A program made the translations under genes and the position numbers. DNA of 63,991 nt, counting the filler, from Octopus bimaculoides (Eukaryota): assembly GCF_001194135.2 (NCBI RefSeq). It is 7 parts of 5 records of this genome, joined end to end, with 100 filler letters (N's around TTAATTAATTAA, not from the genome) between each part and the next. Parts side by side here need not be neighbours in the genome. Positions count along the whole stretch, not along the records: positions 61,742 to 63,991 come from NW_026424053.1; 6 more parts are not named here. One strand, 5' to 3'. The stretch's first letter is position 1, and every line of letters starts with the position of its first letter. Below, one piece after another: positions 63,748-63,991 of this stretch. A model generated the notes under the pieces. The model searched no databases. It was not told where the DNA came from and worked only from the letters and a program-made list of their open reading frames with translations.

Positions 63748-63991
63748 TGTATGTATTTATGTATGCATGTATGTATGTATACATACATATATGCATACAT
63801 ACATACATGTATGCATACATACATACATATATACATACATACATGTATGCATACATACACGCATACATAGATGCATACATACATGCATGCATACATACAT
63901 ACTTATATGTCTGCATACATTCATTCATGCATACATACATGTATGCATACATGCATACATACATACATGCAAACATACATACATACATATA
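63748..63991. repeat. (TACA/TGCA)n degenerate microsatellite
   Basis: Tetranucleotide array to the window end. Confidence 0.95.

Overview
AT-rich, microsatellite-dense, gapped eukaryotic draft sequence whose repeat content points to a coleoid cephalopod, probably octopus (inference). Six identical 100-bp linkers (44 N + TTAATTAATTAA + 44 N) are artificial joins, so contiguity across them is unproven. The only recognisable host gene is THYN1 (EVE domain), seen as three + strand exons at 1.7-7.4 kb; its first and last exons are not visible. A clean 228-bp orphan exon lies at 46.3 kb. The rest is transposon-derived: RTE, CR1/L2, R4/Dong, CRE, two Penelope-like elements (PLEs), a Gypsy remnant with LTR and PPT, Tc1/mariner, hAT/piggyBac-type MITEs, a Helitron 3' end, several tRNA-SINE families, a truncated tRNA-Arg(ACG) and a 33-bp minisatellite. 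The most notable observations are a PLE with a twin-priming-type inversion at its RT active site, three hammerhead-ribozyme-like motifs, and recurrent fold-back duplications built from unrelated repeat families. No CRISPR array and no clearly new gene system was found.
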